Below are positions 11,277 to 24,246 of a DNA stretch of 64,000 nucleotides, piece by piece. Within the stretch, counting starts at the first letter, position 1. Each line of letters starts with the position of its first letter. Source of the stretch: Scyliorhinus canicula (taxonomy: Eukaryota); assembly GCF_902713615.1 (NCBI RefSeq), contig NC_052147.1, positions 166,512,410-166,576,409 of the forward strand. The letters are read 5' to 3'. The notes under the pieces are model-generated. The model saw nothing but the letters and a program-made list of their open reading frames with translations. It was not told the DNA's origin and did no database searches. The translations under genes were made by a program, and so were the position numbers.

Positions 11277-11855
11277 TGTTATGGGCCAGGAATAAGAGAG
11301 CCCCAAAGTGTATCATGGAGTTCACCTGACTCACAACTTTAGTAGATTGTCGTTATGGTGAGCTCACGGGCCACTCTACAGGAGTGATGCATCAGAGATC
11401 CACAGCACTTTTAAATTAAAACAATGTTTATTTATGAAACCAGTTAACATTTTATAAACCCACGCTAAACATCTTAACAACTGTCAATGCCAAAATGTCC
11501 CCAAAGAATACAGTACTCTATAGATACCCCTTAATATATTCCCAAACAACATCCGGAAGACAAAATACCCTTTTTAACACTGAGATCAAGTTTAAATTCA
11601 CTATTGAGAGCAGTCAGCACTTTGAAATCACCCAATTGATTTGGAGACAGTCTTTAGTTTGCAGAGCGATCCTTATTCAGCTCCTTGCTTTTCCTGCAGC
11701 TATCCAGCTCTCAAAACGAAACTAACACACCCTGGAGCAAACAGCCTAAAACAAAAGTAAAGTAGACAGACAGCCCAGCTCCACCCACACTCTGACATCA
11801 CTGATAAACAACAATTCCTTAAACACTCATTTCTTAAAGGTACTCTCACATGACA
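11277..11855 (-). mobile_element. solo LTR (579 bp)
   Basis: TG...CA termini, 4-bp TSD ATTT; homologous (inverted) to 57875-58445. Confidence 0.85.
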
Positions 11856-11984
11856 ATTTACACAGAGACTTTTCAGTCCAGCAAAGGCAGGAGACAGCAG
11901 GAGACTCTTTTTTGGAGGTTAATTATTATTCGTGTTTGACATTTATAAATATGTTTGAAATGCAAATAGTAAGGAAGATACATG

Positions 11985-12863
11985 GGGCGAGATTCTCCAT
12001 TCCTGGGGCTAGGTGTTGACACTGGGGCAGGATTCATGGACTTCCACAACAGCAAAAATGGCGGCGCACCTGGAGCAATTCAGCGACCGTGGAGGTGCTG
12101 GGACCGACACCACGTGGAACACGATTCCAATGAGAAATGGTGTGGGATTCGGCAGGTCCATGATTAACACTCGAGAGGCTGACAAGCTGCAGCCACATAT
12201 ATACACAATACACTTCCCATACGCACTCATCCCAGCCAACATGATGGCACTGGTTGCGCTGGAGCGCACCCATCCTGCTGATGGCTTGGCTGGCACCGGA
12301 GGGCGCCGAGGGGGGTGCCCTGCGGGGATACCCAGACGACCTGTGGCCGCAAATTCACAGTGGGCTGTCAGCGGCATGTGCAGCTGCATGGCTGCCTTGC
12401 AGGCCGCAGCAATGATGCTCAGTGCCAGTCTACACCGACCCCACAGCCCACCTCCTGGCTACCCCCTGCTACTCCCCCGGCCCGGGCAGAAGCCCCTGGC
12501 AAGTGGCATGACTGTCAGCAATCTATTGTGATGTTGGATGCTTTCCGTAGTCCCCTTTCTCTCCCTCAGCAGCCAAGGGGCCTGTTTCACAATTTTTCAA
12601 AACGCAAGTGAACCTCACAGTCGGGAATTCGCCCCAGTGGAGGCGGAGCATCGTGGCGGCCGTGGAAAATACCCGGTCGCCGGCTAGTGATATGCAAACA
12701 GCTTTTACTGTACATGCATTCTGGAATGCATTGACGTCACTGTCAAGGCACTGGTGCATTGCAATTTGGCGTGAAACCAGTGCCCGCCATGATTTCAATG
12801 TCAAAACCGATTCCCCGTCCAATCGCATTTCTCGATTCCACCATTGGCCGGAGAATCCCGCCC
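11985..12863. mobile_element. non-autonomous DNA transposon (Harbinger-like MITE)
   Basis: TIRs GGGCGAGATTCTCC / GGAGAATCCCGCCC; absent from the older paralogous site near 30170. Confidence 0.75.
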
Positions 12864-15476
12864 TTTTTTTTAAACTTTGGTTTGTCATGATTCTGTTAAC
12901 TTCAGTAAAAGTGTACTTGACAATATAAAGTGATTTTGATGTCACAGAAGGTGAAAGAATGATTTTTTTTTAAACTTTGGATTGTCATGAGGATATTAAT
13001 TCCATTAAAGGAACTATAATGGATACAATGCAGTGATCACACACTGATGGGTTTGATTGTCCACCTGAGTTACTCTGTGTTAATGGTCATGCGTTCTGTG
13101 GGTCCTTGTGATGAACGATCAATTGTAGAAAGACTAAGGTTGGATACAACTGTGGCTTTATTGCAGTAAGATGTGCGGCCTCCCACAGCAGCTGGCGAAA
13201 TGGCTGCTGAATAGAGGACACGCATATTCTCCTCCTACTGCGCAGAGCCAGCAGGCAGGGGCTACCGGCGAACCTGTAGTACAGGTCCTACCTTACATCA
13301 CCTAATACAGGTGTAACAGTGGTTTACCACATTCAACCCCTGTTAAAAATGAGTCCGGTGGGGGTGGTGGAGAACTATGTAGAGTAGTGAATGAATGTAC
13401 AGTGTTTAATCAGGGAAAAGAAAAAAACTGTCCTTTGAAAGTCCGGTGCCAGTTAGAGATTCAACCGGTCTGGTGCCTGATGTTCCGCTGGGAGCGACGC
13501 AGCAGTGGCGGGAGTGTCCCAAAATCCTCTTCATCCTCTGGCGTGGGCAGGGTTAGGAGGGATGGTCCTGGTAGGGTAATGTTGGGAGCGCCAGCAGAGG
13601 GGACGGTGGTGCCGGGCCGGAGAAGTGTGTATGGGTGGAACCTGCTGGTGCCAGGTCCCTGAGGGAGACAGTATCTAGGCTGCCGTCGGGGTACGCCACA
13701 TAGGCATACTGGGGGTTGGCATGGAGCAAGTACACCCTAACCACCAACGGGTCCGCCTTGTGGAGTCGGACATGCCTACGGAGTAGGACCAGTCCTGGAG
13801 CTGCGAGCCAAGTCGGGAGCGACACCTCGGATGTGGACTTCCTGGGGAAGGCAAAAGACGTTCATGGGGTGTGTTATTCGTAGGGGTGCACAGTAGTGAC
13901 CAGATAGAGTGTAGTGCATCAGGGAGGACCTCCTGCCAGCGAGAGGCTGGGAGGTTCCTGGACCGTGGGGCCAGTTGGACAGCCCTCCATATCGTCCCGT
14001 TCTCCCTCTCTACCTGCTCGTTTCCCCGGGGGTTATAGCTGGTCGTCCTGCTGGAGGCGATACCCCTGCTGAGCTGGAACTGACGCAGCTCATCACTCAC
14101 GAATGAGGATCCCCTGTCACTGTGGATGTAGGCGGGGAAACCGAACAGAGCAAAGATTGTATTTAGGGCTTTGATGACGGTGGCAGACGTCATATCAGGG
14201 CATGGGATGGCGAAGGGGAATCTGGAGTACTCATCGACCACACTGAGAAAATACGTGTTTCGGTCGGTGGAGGGGAGGGGCCCTTTGAAATCCACGCTGA
14301 GGCGTTCAAAGGGCAGGAGGCCTTCACCAGGCGTGCACGGTCTAGCTGGTAGAAGTACGGCTTGCACTCCGCACAGACCTGGCAGTCCCTGGTGACTGTC
14401 CGTACTTCCTCGACGGAGTAGGGCAGATTGCGAGCTTTGACAAGGTGGTACCATCGTGTGACCCCCGGGTGACAAAGGCTGTCGTGTAGGGCCCGGAGTC
14501 GGTCTACTTGTGCCCTGGCACATGTACCTCGGGATAGGGCGTCTGGGGCCTCGTTGAGTTTGCCGGGGCGATACAAAATCTCGTAATTATAGGTGGCGAG
14601 CTCGATTCTCCACCGCATGATTATATCATTTTTGATCCTGCCCCGCTGTATGTTATTAAACATGAAGGCTACCGACTGTTGGTCAGTGAGGAGAGTGAAT
14701 CTCCTGCTGGCCAGGTAATGCCTCCAATGCCACACAGCTTCAACAATAGCTTGGGCCTCTTTTTCGACGGACGATTGCCGAATTTCTGAGGAATGAAGGG
14801 TGGGGGATAAGAATGCCACGGGCCTGCCTGCCTGATTGAGTGTGGTGGCAAGTGCGATGTCTGATGCATCGCTTTCTACTTGGAAGAGCAATGTCTCGTC
14901 TACTGCGTGCATCCCGGCCTTGCCAATATCAGCTCTGATACGGGCGACGGCCTGTTGATCTTGGCCTTAAGGGGAAAGTGGATGGACTGAATGAGTGGGC
15001 GGGCCTTGTCCGCATAGTTTGGGACCCACTGGGCGTAGTAGAAGCACCATTGGCAGCGTTTGAGAGCCTTGGGGCAGTGCGTGAGGTAAGCTCCATGAGG
15101 GGGCACATGCGGTCGGGATCGGGCCCCAGAACTCCGTTCTGGACCACATAGCCGAGGATGGCTAAGCGGGTTGTGCTGAACACGCACTTCTCCATGTTGT
15201 AGGTGAGGTTGAGGAGAGTGGCGGTGTGGAGGAATTTGGCAAGGTTGCGTCGTGGTCCTGCTAATTGTGATCGCAGATGGTGACATTGTCTAGGTACGGG
15301 ACGGTAGCCCGCACACTGTACCGGTCGACCATTCGGTCCATCTCCCTTTGGAAGACCGAGACCCCGTTAGTGACGCCGAAGGGAATCCTGAGGAAGTGAT
15401 AGATACGACCGTCCGCCTCGAAAACAGTGTATGGACGGTCCAATTTACGAATGGGGACCTGATGGTAGGCGGATTT

Positions 15477-15837
15477 AAAAAAAAAAATTTTCTTAGCATT
15501 TACAGTGCAGAAGCAGGCCATTCGGCCCATCGAGTCTGCACTGGCTCTTGGAAAGAGCACCCTACCCAAGGTCAACACCTCCACCCTATCCCCATAACCC
15601 AGTAACCCCACCCAACACTAAGGGCAATTTTGGACACTAAGGGCAATTTATCATGGCCAATCCACCTAACCTGCTCATCTTTGGACTGTGGGAGGAAACC
15701 GGAGCACCCGGAGGAAACTCATGCACACACGGGGATAATGTGCAGACTCCACACAGACAGTGACCCAAGCCGGAATCGAACCTGGGACCCTGGAGCTGTG
15801 AAGCAATTGTGCTATCCACAATGCTACCGTGCTGCCC
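15477..15837 (-). mobile_element. V-SINE (HE1-like, CR1-tailed) inserted in the Gypsy RT motif DLKSAYHQ
   Basis: GGGCAGCACGGTAGC tRNA head, V-domain, CAGACTCGATGGGCCGAATGGCC tail; ATTT on both sides. Confidence 0.88.
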
Positions 15838-16065
15838 ATTTGAGGTCTATCGTTGAGATGACCCGGTACTGCGCAATCTGATTGACCATATCAGATATGC
15901 GTGGGAGGGGGTACGCTTCGATCTGCGTGTACCGATTGATATTCTGGCTGTAGTCCACGACCATTCTGTGTTTATCCCCAGTTTTAACGACTACCACTTG
16001 GGCTCTCCAGGGACTGTTGCTGGCCTTGATAATGCCTTCCCGAAGCAACCGCTGGACCTCGGACC

Positions 16066-16455
16066 TGATGTGTTGGGTATGATGGGTCTGCGAGGACTGC
16101 ATTTATCAGAGCAATGAGAGAGACAGGCTACCAACACTTGCAGAAGTACAACTCTAGTTTATTTAACTATGAGCTGTTAAACATACTTGCACTGTGGGTT
16201 GACACTATGTTAGGTTGACTGGAGAACTGAGGCTAAACTGACCAGACTATACTGCTAGCACATGGTAGATGTTCGTGTTGCTGATCACAGGCTCTGGCTG
16301 TCTCAGAGGCTGCATCCCGAGAGAACGGGAAAAGTAGTGCCCTCTGACTTTATAGTGGCTGTGTCCTGTCTGTGTTGTGTGTGTTGATTGGTCTTTCAGT
16401 GTGTCAGTCAGTGTCTGTCTATGCACCATCATATACTTGTGTGTATATTATGACA
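16066..16455 (-). mobile_element. nested solo LTR (~390 bp) between Gypsy protease and RT
   Basis: TGTCATAAT...CA on minus strand with TATAAA and AATAAA; flanking direct repeat GGACC(TGATG). Confidence 0.85.
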
Positions 16456-18049
16456 GGACCTGATGAAGGTCTTGTCCTGGGTGCTGTACCGTCTGCTCCT
16501 GGTGGCGACGGGTTTGCAATCTGGAGTTAGATTGGCAAAGAGGAAGCGTGGGTCGACCTTTAGGGTCGCGGGGTCGCACACAGTGAGGGGTGGTAGGGGC
16601 CCGCCGAATTTGAGGGTAAGGCTCTGGAGATTGCACTGGATGTCCAGGCCTAGTAGTAGTGCAGCGCAGAGATTAGGAAGTACGTAGAGGTGGAAGCCGC
16701 TGAATTCTATGCCCTGGACCGAGAGTGTGACCGTGCAGAACACCCGGATCGCGACGGAATGGGATCCGGAGGCCAGGGAGATTGTTTGGTTCGTGGGGTG
16801 GACCGCGAGGGAGCAGCGCCTTACCGTATCCGGGTGGATGAAGCTTTCGGTGCTCCCGGAGTCCAGCAGGCAAGAGGTCACGTGACCGTTGATTCTCACA
16901 CTGGTCACAGCGTTGGCCAGGTTGTGCGGACGAGACTGGTCGATGGTCACTGAGGCGAGCTGCGGTCAGTCGCCGCTGGCATCAGAAGATGGAGAGTGTG
17001 GGGGGTCCAGGTCGTGGAATGCTGTTGGTGGCCATGCCCCGTGGGGAAGACAAGATGGCGGCGCCTGAAGATCATGCAGGGGACAAAATGGCGGCGCCCA
17101 TGGGCCGCATGTTGCGGGGGCTGCACAAGACGGCGGCGCCCATGGGCTGCACGTGGACTGAGGGGGGGAAGATGGCGGCGCCCACTGGCCGTACGTGGTC
17201 CGGGACGAAGATGGCAGCACCCATTGTCAGGGGGAGGGGCGATAGCGTCCACTGCGCGGGCCTGGAACACCGCGGTGAAGTGCCGCTTTTTGCCGAAAGC
17301 CGTGTGAATGGTAGTGCGGCAAGGCAGCGTTGGTGGGGGTGCTTCTGATGGCTGCAGAAGTAACAGCGGGGACCCCTGTGGTTCGCGGGTTGGCGTGTGG
17401 TGCAGGCATACTGCCTGGGTAAAACCTCGGCTGGGGCGGCCAATTGTGGAGTCCACGAGGGATAGGAGGGGTGGGCCGCACGGCCGGTGGGGTAGGCCTG
17501 AGCATTTCTTGAGGTGACCGTCATGGAGAGTGCTAGCTTTTTAGTCTCAGCTAGGTCGAGCGTGGCCCCTTCTAGCATTCTTTGGCGTATGAGGTCCGAC
17601 CCAATCACCATTACAAACGCATCGTGCATAAAAAGGTTGGAATATTCGGTGGCTGTAACGGCCTGACAGTCACAGTCCCGGACGAGTGGGATTATGCCTG
17701 CCAGAAATCTTCTATGGCATCACCAGGGAGTTGAGAGCGAGTGGCGAGTACGTGCCTGGCGAAGAGTGTGTTCGTTTTCTGTGCGTAGTTTTCTTTGAGG
17801 AGCGCCATGGCGTCTGCGTAGTTCGAGGCATACAGGATCTGCGGAAACATGCTGGAGCTCAACCTTGAGTACAGGATCTGTATCTTCTGAGCCTCCGTTG
17901 GAGGGGTGGTCGCTGAGTTGATATAGGCCTCGAAGCAAGCTAGCCAGTGATTAAAATTCTTTTTGGCGTCCCTTGATTGCGGATCCAGCTGCAGGCGATC
18001 TGGTTTGATTCAGAGGTCCATCTTTTAGAAAATCTTACTGCAATAAATT

Positions 18050-18292
18050 TTTTATTTTTTAAATTAAAAATTTTTTTTTTAGAGTACCCAATTCATTTTT
18101 TCCAATTAAGTGACATTTTAGCATGGCCAATCCACCTACCTTGCGCATATTTTTTGGTTGTGGGTCGAAACCCAAGCAAACACGGGGAGAATGTTCAAAC
18201 TCCACACGGACAGTGACCCAGAGCCGGGATCGAACCTGGGACCTTAGCGCCGTGAGGCAGCAGGGCCAATCCACCGTGCCACCATGCTGCCC
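18050..18292 (-). mobile_element. A-tailed V-SINE inserted into the Gypsy primer-binding-site position
   Basis: 15-bp TSD TTACTGCAATAAATT (18035-18049, 18294-18308). Confidence 0.9.
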
Positions 18293-18539
18293 TTTACTGC
18301 AATAAATTGATGCACATCAATTGTACAAAGACTAAGGTTGGATACAACTGTGGCTTTATTGCATTAAGATGTGTGGCCTCCCACAGCAGCTGGCAAAATG
18401 GCTGCTGAATAGAGGACACGCATATTTATACTCCACCTACTGGGCGGAGCCAGCAGGCAGGGGCTACCGGCGAACCTGTAGTACAGGTTCTACCTTACAT
18501 CACCTACTACAGGTGTAACAGTGGTTTACCACACCTTGC

Positions 18540-18990
18540 ACGGCTGATCAGCCCGGTCCAAGAGCATCTTCAATCACTCTTTGGGAGGGGGATTCCAAAA
18601 GTTGGCATCGGTCTTTGGGTGCAAAGTTGCGGATATTCCTTTCTCAGGCTCCTTTTCCAGGTCTCCTCTTGCCGTCAGGTGTTTGAGAAGAATTGTGACT
18701 CTTCAACCAAGAGGTTCCTACAAGTAGGTCTCTTCTGAGCAAAGGTGTCCCCGGCATTGACGTTACATTTCTTGAGGTAAGCCTAAAAAATGTCTTTGAA
18801 GAACTTCCTTTGTTCTCCTCTTGTTTACGAATCTTCCTTGAGGTGGATGGCAGTCGGGACTTTAACATCCAAAGTTTCTGGGCGGCCCAGCAGAGTTGGT
18901 TATGGATGGTCATGGCCTTGCTACTGGTGCTATAGATTCCTTCAAGAACACTAATGTTAGCATGCCTGTCAACCCAGTTGAATTAGAGGT
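18540..18990 (-). mobile_element. degenerate RTE-like LINE C-terminal fragment (paralogs 23790-24245, 26897-27038 plus 29705-29900, 44365-44720)
   Basis: NQLCWA...SRLP-like residues resembling the RTE ORF end; heavily decayed. Confidence 0.45.
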
Positions 18991-19299
18991 AAATCATGTT
19001 TGGATTTTCCAATGAATTTTAAGATGAATTGTTTGCTCGTCTCTATGATGTAATGTTCATCCTTAGAAGCCTCAGTGATTACTTCAAATGGTTTAACAAA
19101 GATTAATGCATTTGTTGATAAATGCAAGCCTCCTGTACGCTAATGTGAACTATCTGTCTAACAGGTAGTGCAGTAAATCAATCCACCACCCCGAAGAGTG
19201 TGCTTCCAAATACTACCCCAAAATTATATCAGAGGATATGTGTGCCCAGACACTGTGCTTCAACAACTGCTGCTTTTGGATGTTGAGCTTGTCCGCCAT

Positions 19300-20400
19300 T
19301 TAATTATGGCTGATATTTTTCTCCTCCCCATTCTCCTGCCTTCTCCTCATAACCCTTCAACTCTTTATTAATCAAGAATCTACCTATCTCTGTCTTAAAG
19401 ACACTCAGTGATATGGCCTCCACAGCCTTCTGCGGCAAAGAGTTCCACAGATTCACCACCCTCTGGCTGAAGAAATACCTCCTCATCTCTGTTTGAAAGG
19501 ACCGCCCCTTTAATCTCAGATGGTATCGTCTGGCTCTAGTTGTTCCTCCAAATGGACGTTCACAAATGTGCTTTCAGCCCCTTCTTCCAGATCATTAATG
19601 TATATTGTAAAAAGTTGTGGTCCCAGCACCGATCCCTGAGGCACTCCACTAGTCACCGGCTGCCATCCTGAAAAAGATATTTTCATCCCCACTCTATGCC
19701 TTCTGCCAGTCAGCCAATCCTCTATTCATGCCAGGATCTTACCCTTAACACCATGAGCTCATAACTTATTTAACAGTCTCCCATGCGGCACCTTATGAAA
19801 CGCCTTCTGGAAATCTAAATAAATCATGTCCACTGGTTCTCCTTTGTCTAACTGCGTTGTTACTTCCTCAAATAACTCAAACAGATTTGTCAGACATGAC
19901 CTCCCTTCGATAAAGGCATGTTGACTCAGTTCTATTTTATCGTGTGCTTCCAAGTATTTTGCGATCTCTCTTTAATAATGGACTCTGAAATCTTACCAAT
20001 GACTGATGGCAGGCTAACCTGCCTATCATTTCGCATCTACTGCCTCCCTTCCTTCTTAAACACCGATGCTACATTAGCCATTTTCCAGTCCTCTGGGACC
20101 CTCCCTGCCTCCAGTGATTCCTGGAAGCTAACCACTAATGCCTCCACAATCTCCTGAGCTATCTCTTTTAGAACTCTGTAGTGTAGTCCATCCGGTTCAG
20201 GTGATTGATCCACTTTCAGACCTTTCAGTTTCCCCAGAACCTTCTCCTTAGTGATTGCCGCTGCACTCATATCTGCCTCCTGATTCTCCTGGAGATCCAG
20301 CATCCCACTGGTGTCTTCCACCATGAAGGCTGATGCAAAGTAACTATTCAGTTCCTCTGCCATTTCTCTGTTTCCTATTATTACTTCTCCAGCCACATTA
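19300..20400 (-). mobile_element. CR1 LINE fragment with internal deletion (paralog ~44890-45740)
   Basis: MAEELNSYFAS, GRSCLTNL, DFQKAFHKVPH, FFSQRVVNLWNSLP. Confidence 0.88.
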
Positions 20401-21558
20401 TCCAGTGGTCCATGTGAACAGCCTACAAGAAAATGACATCTTGGAGAAGTTGAATCCAGATAAGAAGCACCAATAGCTCAACGATACATCAGACCATCCA
20501 AAGGGATTTGGTATCATAAAGGTCAAAGATACATTAGATAGTACAAAGGACATTGATAGTATAATGGTTGAAAATGAATCTGACAAGCCAAAAGGAATTG
20601 ATCTTGAGCGCACAAAAAGTATCTACGGAACGACAGAATTTACACAAAGGCACAAATGTGAAACCAAAGGACATCTAAACAACACATTGCAATTCAATTT
20701 CAAGAAAGTGTTTGAACTTTCAGTCACACTGGACACACCATACAGTATGGAAAGCAATCCAGATGGCAACCGGGCGAGGGACTGCAGGACAGTGTGTAAA
20801 AACCAGCTACCACTCGAGATACACAGGCGAATGCATGTCTAGATCATACCAAGTTCGTGCGTGATGGTACAAATGCCAGGAAGAACAGGACATTGTTTAG
20901 ACAAAAAAGAAGTCATGCCAATGAATTTAATGAGTTGGTATTTGCTCAAAGACCATAAACCGAACCGGTTTTTAGGGCAAAGTACACAGGAAATTGACAC
21001 CACAAACACAGAAAAAAGACCAGGTCAGACAACAAAAATGATTCAACCAGTTGAATGCCTGACCGATTTGAGCTGATGACTTGTTGGTTGTGTACCACAC
21101 TTTCACAGTAAAGACTGAGTACGGACTCAATGTTTGGACGAAAGAAATGCTCTTACTATACATAGGTTTGTAGAAATCTACAAATATCTTTTTAAAAAAG
21201 GGGGATGTAATGATATGTATATTGACTGGTATGTAAAGAGTTAACAAGTCAATGATAATGTTTCGTACCACTAGAGGGAACCACAGAATAATCATATATA
21301 TACCATGTGACATTGGGGATTCTGGGAGTGAGGAGTTGGAAGGCATTTGGAAGAGTGCCAGGCCGAGGAGCCGTTTTACTTGAGAAGTCTGCAGTTAGAG
21401 ATAGCATAGTTTAATATAGAAACCGTCTACTTTAGGAATGTGCACACATCTTAATTAGTAGTGTTATTAAAGTTATAATTTTGTTCATTTACAAAGTTTT
21501 GTGTTCTTTATTCAACGTTACCCATCCAAGCCATCCAGGTAAAGCATGGAACACAACA
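20400..21558 (+). mobile_element. 3' end of a second LTR retrotransposon family (LTR 21206-21558)
   Basis: PPT AAAAAAGGGGGA followed by TGTAATGATA...ACAACA; partly deleted paralog at ~45740-46857. Confidence 0.6.
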
Positions 21559-21612
21559 TGGTGGTGTTGTCATTGACCGGTGTGAAATTGAGCTTTCAAA
21601 GACAAGTTAGTC

Positions 21613-22058
21613 CTAAGCAGCTCCCTGGTTGTTTCCAGTTCCAGTAAAGCTTCTCGTTTGCGTATCACACACTATCATCACATTTAAAGAATGTAACTCC
21701 TTCCTATTGATGAATGAAACAGTGTCATTTTGTGATGCCTTCAATGCAATATGTGTTCCATCGACAGCCCCAATTAATTTGGGGAAACTAGCAATCCTGT
21801 AGAATATGATGACATCTCCTTCATCTTCACAGGGATGTGTGAAAAATGATAATCTCCAAAGCCTTATGATTAATTGCATTAATGACCTGGTGCCTGTAGA
21901 TCCTGACGGCATTCTGTGAAATGTTACATAAGCCACTAATGCCATGTTCAAAGGAACCAGAGGCTAATATATTCAGCGCTGTTGTGTGTTTCATTTCCAC
22001 TGTTAAAACAGTGCAGCAGTTAGACTTCGGTTTAGATCTTCTTTCAACATTTCAATAA
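21613..22058 (-). pseudogene. PIF/Harbinger (HARBI1-like) DDE transposase relic; paralog ~46858-47350
   Basis: FPKLIGAVDGTHI...FINRKELHSLNVMIVCD motif. Confidence 0.8.
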
Positions 22059-22086
22059 TGTTGAAATTCAATTCTATGTTTGAAAT

Positions 22087-23430
22087 GGGACTACAACTTT
22101 TTACAATGTACATTAATGATCTGGAAGAAGGGGCTGAAAGCACATTTGTGAACGTCCATTCGGAGGAAAAACTAGAACCAGAGGACACCATCTGAGATTA
22201 AAGGACGATCCTTTAAAACAGAGATGAGGAGGAATTTCTTCAGCCAGAGGGTGGTGAATCTGTGGAACGCTTTGCCGCAGGAGGCTGTGGAGGCCAAATC
22301 ACTGAGTGTCTTTAAGACAGAGAATATAGGTTCTTGATTAATAAGGGGATCAGTGGGTATGGGGAGGAGGCAGGAGAATGGGGATGAGAAAATGTCAGCC
22401 ATGATTGAATGGCGGAGCAGACTCGATGGGCCGAGTGGCCTAATTCTGCACCTATGTCTTATGGTCTAATATACATTAATGACCTCGAAGAAGGAACTGA
22501 AGGGACTGTTGCTGAGATTGCAGATGCGACAAAATCTTTAGAGGGACGGGTAGTATTGAGGAAGCAAGGGAGCTGCAGGAGGATTGGGTCAAGCTAGGAG
22601 AGTGGGCAATGAAGTGGCAGATGGAATACAAAGTGGAAATGCATGAGGTTATGCACTTTGGAAGGAGGAATGGAGGCATAGACTATTTTCTAAATGGGGA
22701 AATGCTTAGGAAATCAGAAACACAAAGGGGCTTAGAAGTCCTTGTTCAAGATTCTCTTAAGGTTAACGTGCAGGTTCAGTCAGCAGTTAGGAAGGCAAAT
22801 ACAATGTTAGCATTCATGTCGAGAGGGCTGGAATACAAGACCAGGGATGTACTTCTGAGGTTATATAAGGCTCTGGTCAGACCCCTTTTGGAGTATTGTG
22901 AGCAGTTTTGGGGGACCCGTATCTAAGGAACGATGTGCTGGCCTTGGAAGTTCACAGGAATGATTCCTGGAATTAAGAGCTTGTCATATGAGGAACGGTT
23001 GAAGAGTCTGTGTATGTACTCTTTGGAGTTTAGAAGGATGAGGGGGGATCTTATTGAAACTTACACAATACTACATGGCCTGGAGAGGTGGACATGGAGA
23101 CATGATCTTCCACATGTAGGAAGAACTGGAAGCAGAGGACACTATATCAGACTAAAGGGACGATCCTTTAAAACAGAGCTGAGGAGGAATTTCTTCAGCC
23201 AGGGGGTGGTGAACCTATGGAACTCTTTGCCGCAGAAGGCTGTGGAGGCCAAATCACTGAAAGTCTTTAAGACAGAGATGGATAGATTCTTGATTAATAA
23301 GGAGTTGAAGCGTTATTAGGAGAAGGCAGGAGAATGGGGATGAGAAAAATATCAGCCATGATTAAATGGCGGAGTCGGCCTGATGGGCCGACTGGCCTAA
23401 TTCTGCTCCTGTGTCTTCTGGTCTCATGGT
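22087..23430 (+). mobile_element. two CR1 LINE 3' fragments
   Basis: KWQMEYKVE, LYKALVRPLLEYC, RRNFFSQGVVNLWNSLP and CR1 3' UTR tails. Confidence 0.85.
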
Positions 23431-24246
23431 TCTGGTGGGAGGAAAGAGGGGAGGGAGGGAAGGGGAAGGTTTGACAGTTGTTAATTGACAAGCTCAACAT
23501 CCAAAAGCAGCAGTTGTTGAAGAACAGTGTCCGGGCACACATATCCTCTGACATAATTTTAGGGTAGTATTTGGCAGCACATCCTTGAGCGTGGTGGATT
23601 GATTTACTGCACTACCTGTCAGACAGATAGTTCACATTAGATTACAGGAGTCTTGCATATATCAACGAATGCATTAAACTTTGTCAAAGCATTTGAAGTA
23701 ATCACTGAGGCTTCTAAGGATGAACATTACATCAGGGAGATGAGCAAACAACTCAGCTTAAAATTCATTGGAAAATCCAAACATGATTTACCTCTAATTC
23801 AACTGGGAGGACAGGCATGCTAACATTAGTGTTCTTGAAGGAGTCAATAGCACCAGTATCGAGGCCATGATCATCTGAAACCAACTCTGCTGGGTCGCCC
23901 AGAAACTTTGGATGTTAAAGTCCCGACTGCCATCCAACTCAAGGAAGGATCACAAACAAGAGGAGAACAAAGGAAGTTCTTCAAAGACATTTTTTAGGCT
24001 TACCTGAAGAAATGTAACGTCAATGCCGGGGAGACCTTTGGTCAGAAGAGACCTACTTGTAGGAACCTCCTGGTTGAAGGGTCACAATTCTTCACGAATA
24101 CTTGACGGCAAGCGGAGGCCTGGAAAAGGAGCCTGAGAAAGGAATACCCGCAACTTTGCACCCAAAGACCGATGCCACCTTTTGGAAACCCCCGCCAAAA
24201 GAGTGATTGAAGATCCTCTCGGACCGGGCTGATCAGCCGTGCAAGG

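Larger units (their letters stand above)
13109..18533 (-). mobile_element. full-length but inactivated Ty3/Gypsy LTR retrotransposon
   Basis: 5' LTR 18308-18533, 3' LTR 13109-13331, 5-bp TSD CCTTG (13104-13108, 18534-18538). Gag with CX2CX4HX4C, protease LLDSGS, RT (YLDNV), RNase H (ESDAS), integrase (VDEYSRF, SDRGSSF, ERENG) in Gypsy order. Frameshifts and three nested insertions. Confidence 0.95.
5921..22058 (+). repeat. segmental duplication unit 1 (crystallin gene 1 plus downstream region), paralog of 31511-47165
   Basis: Collinear high similarity, including shared TE insertions with identical TSDs. Confidence 0.93.

Noticed and set aside
12009-12945. Overlapping ORFs repeated at 38680-39643 as a conserved novel gene
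   Set aside because: They lie in a GC-rich TIR-bounded MITE; the conservation just reflects the recent duplication
15760-15837. tRNA genes at GGGCAGCACGGTAGC heads
   Set aside because: These are SINE heads followed by V-domains and tails, not tRNA genes
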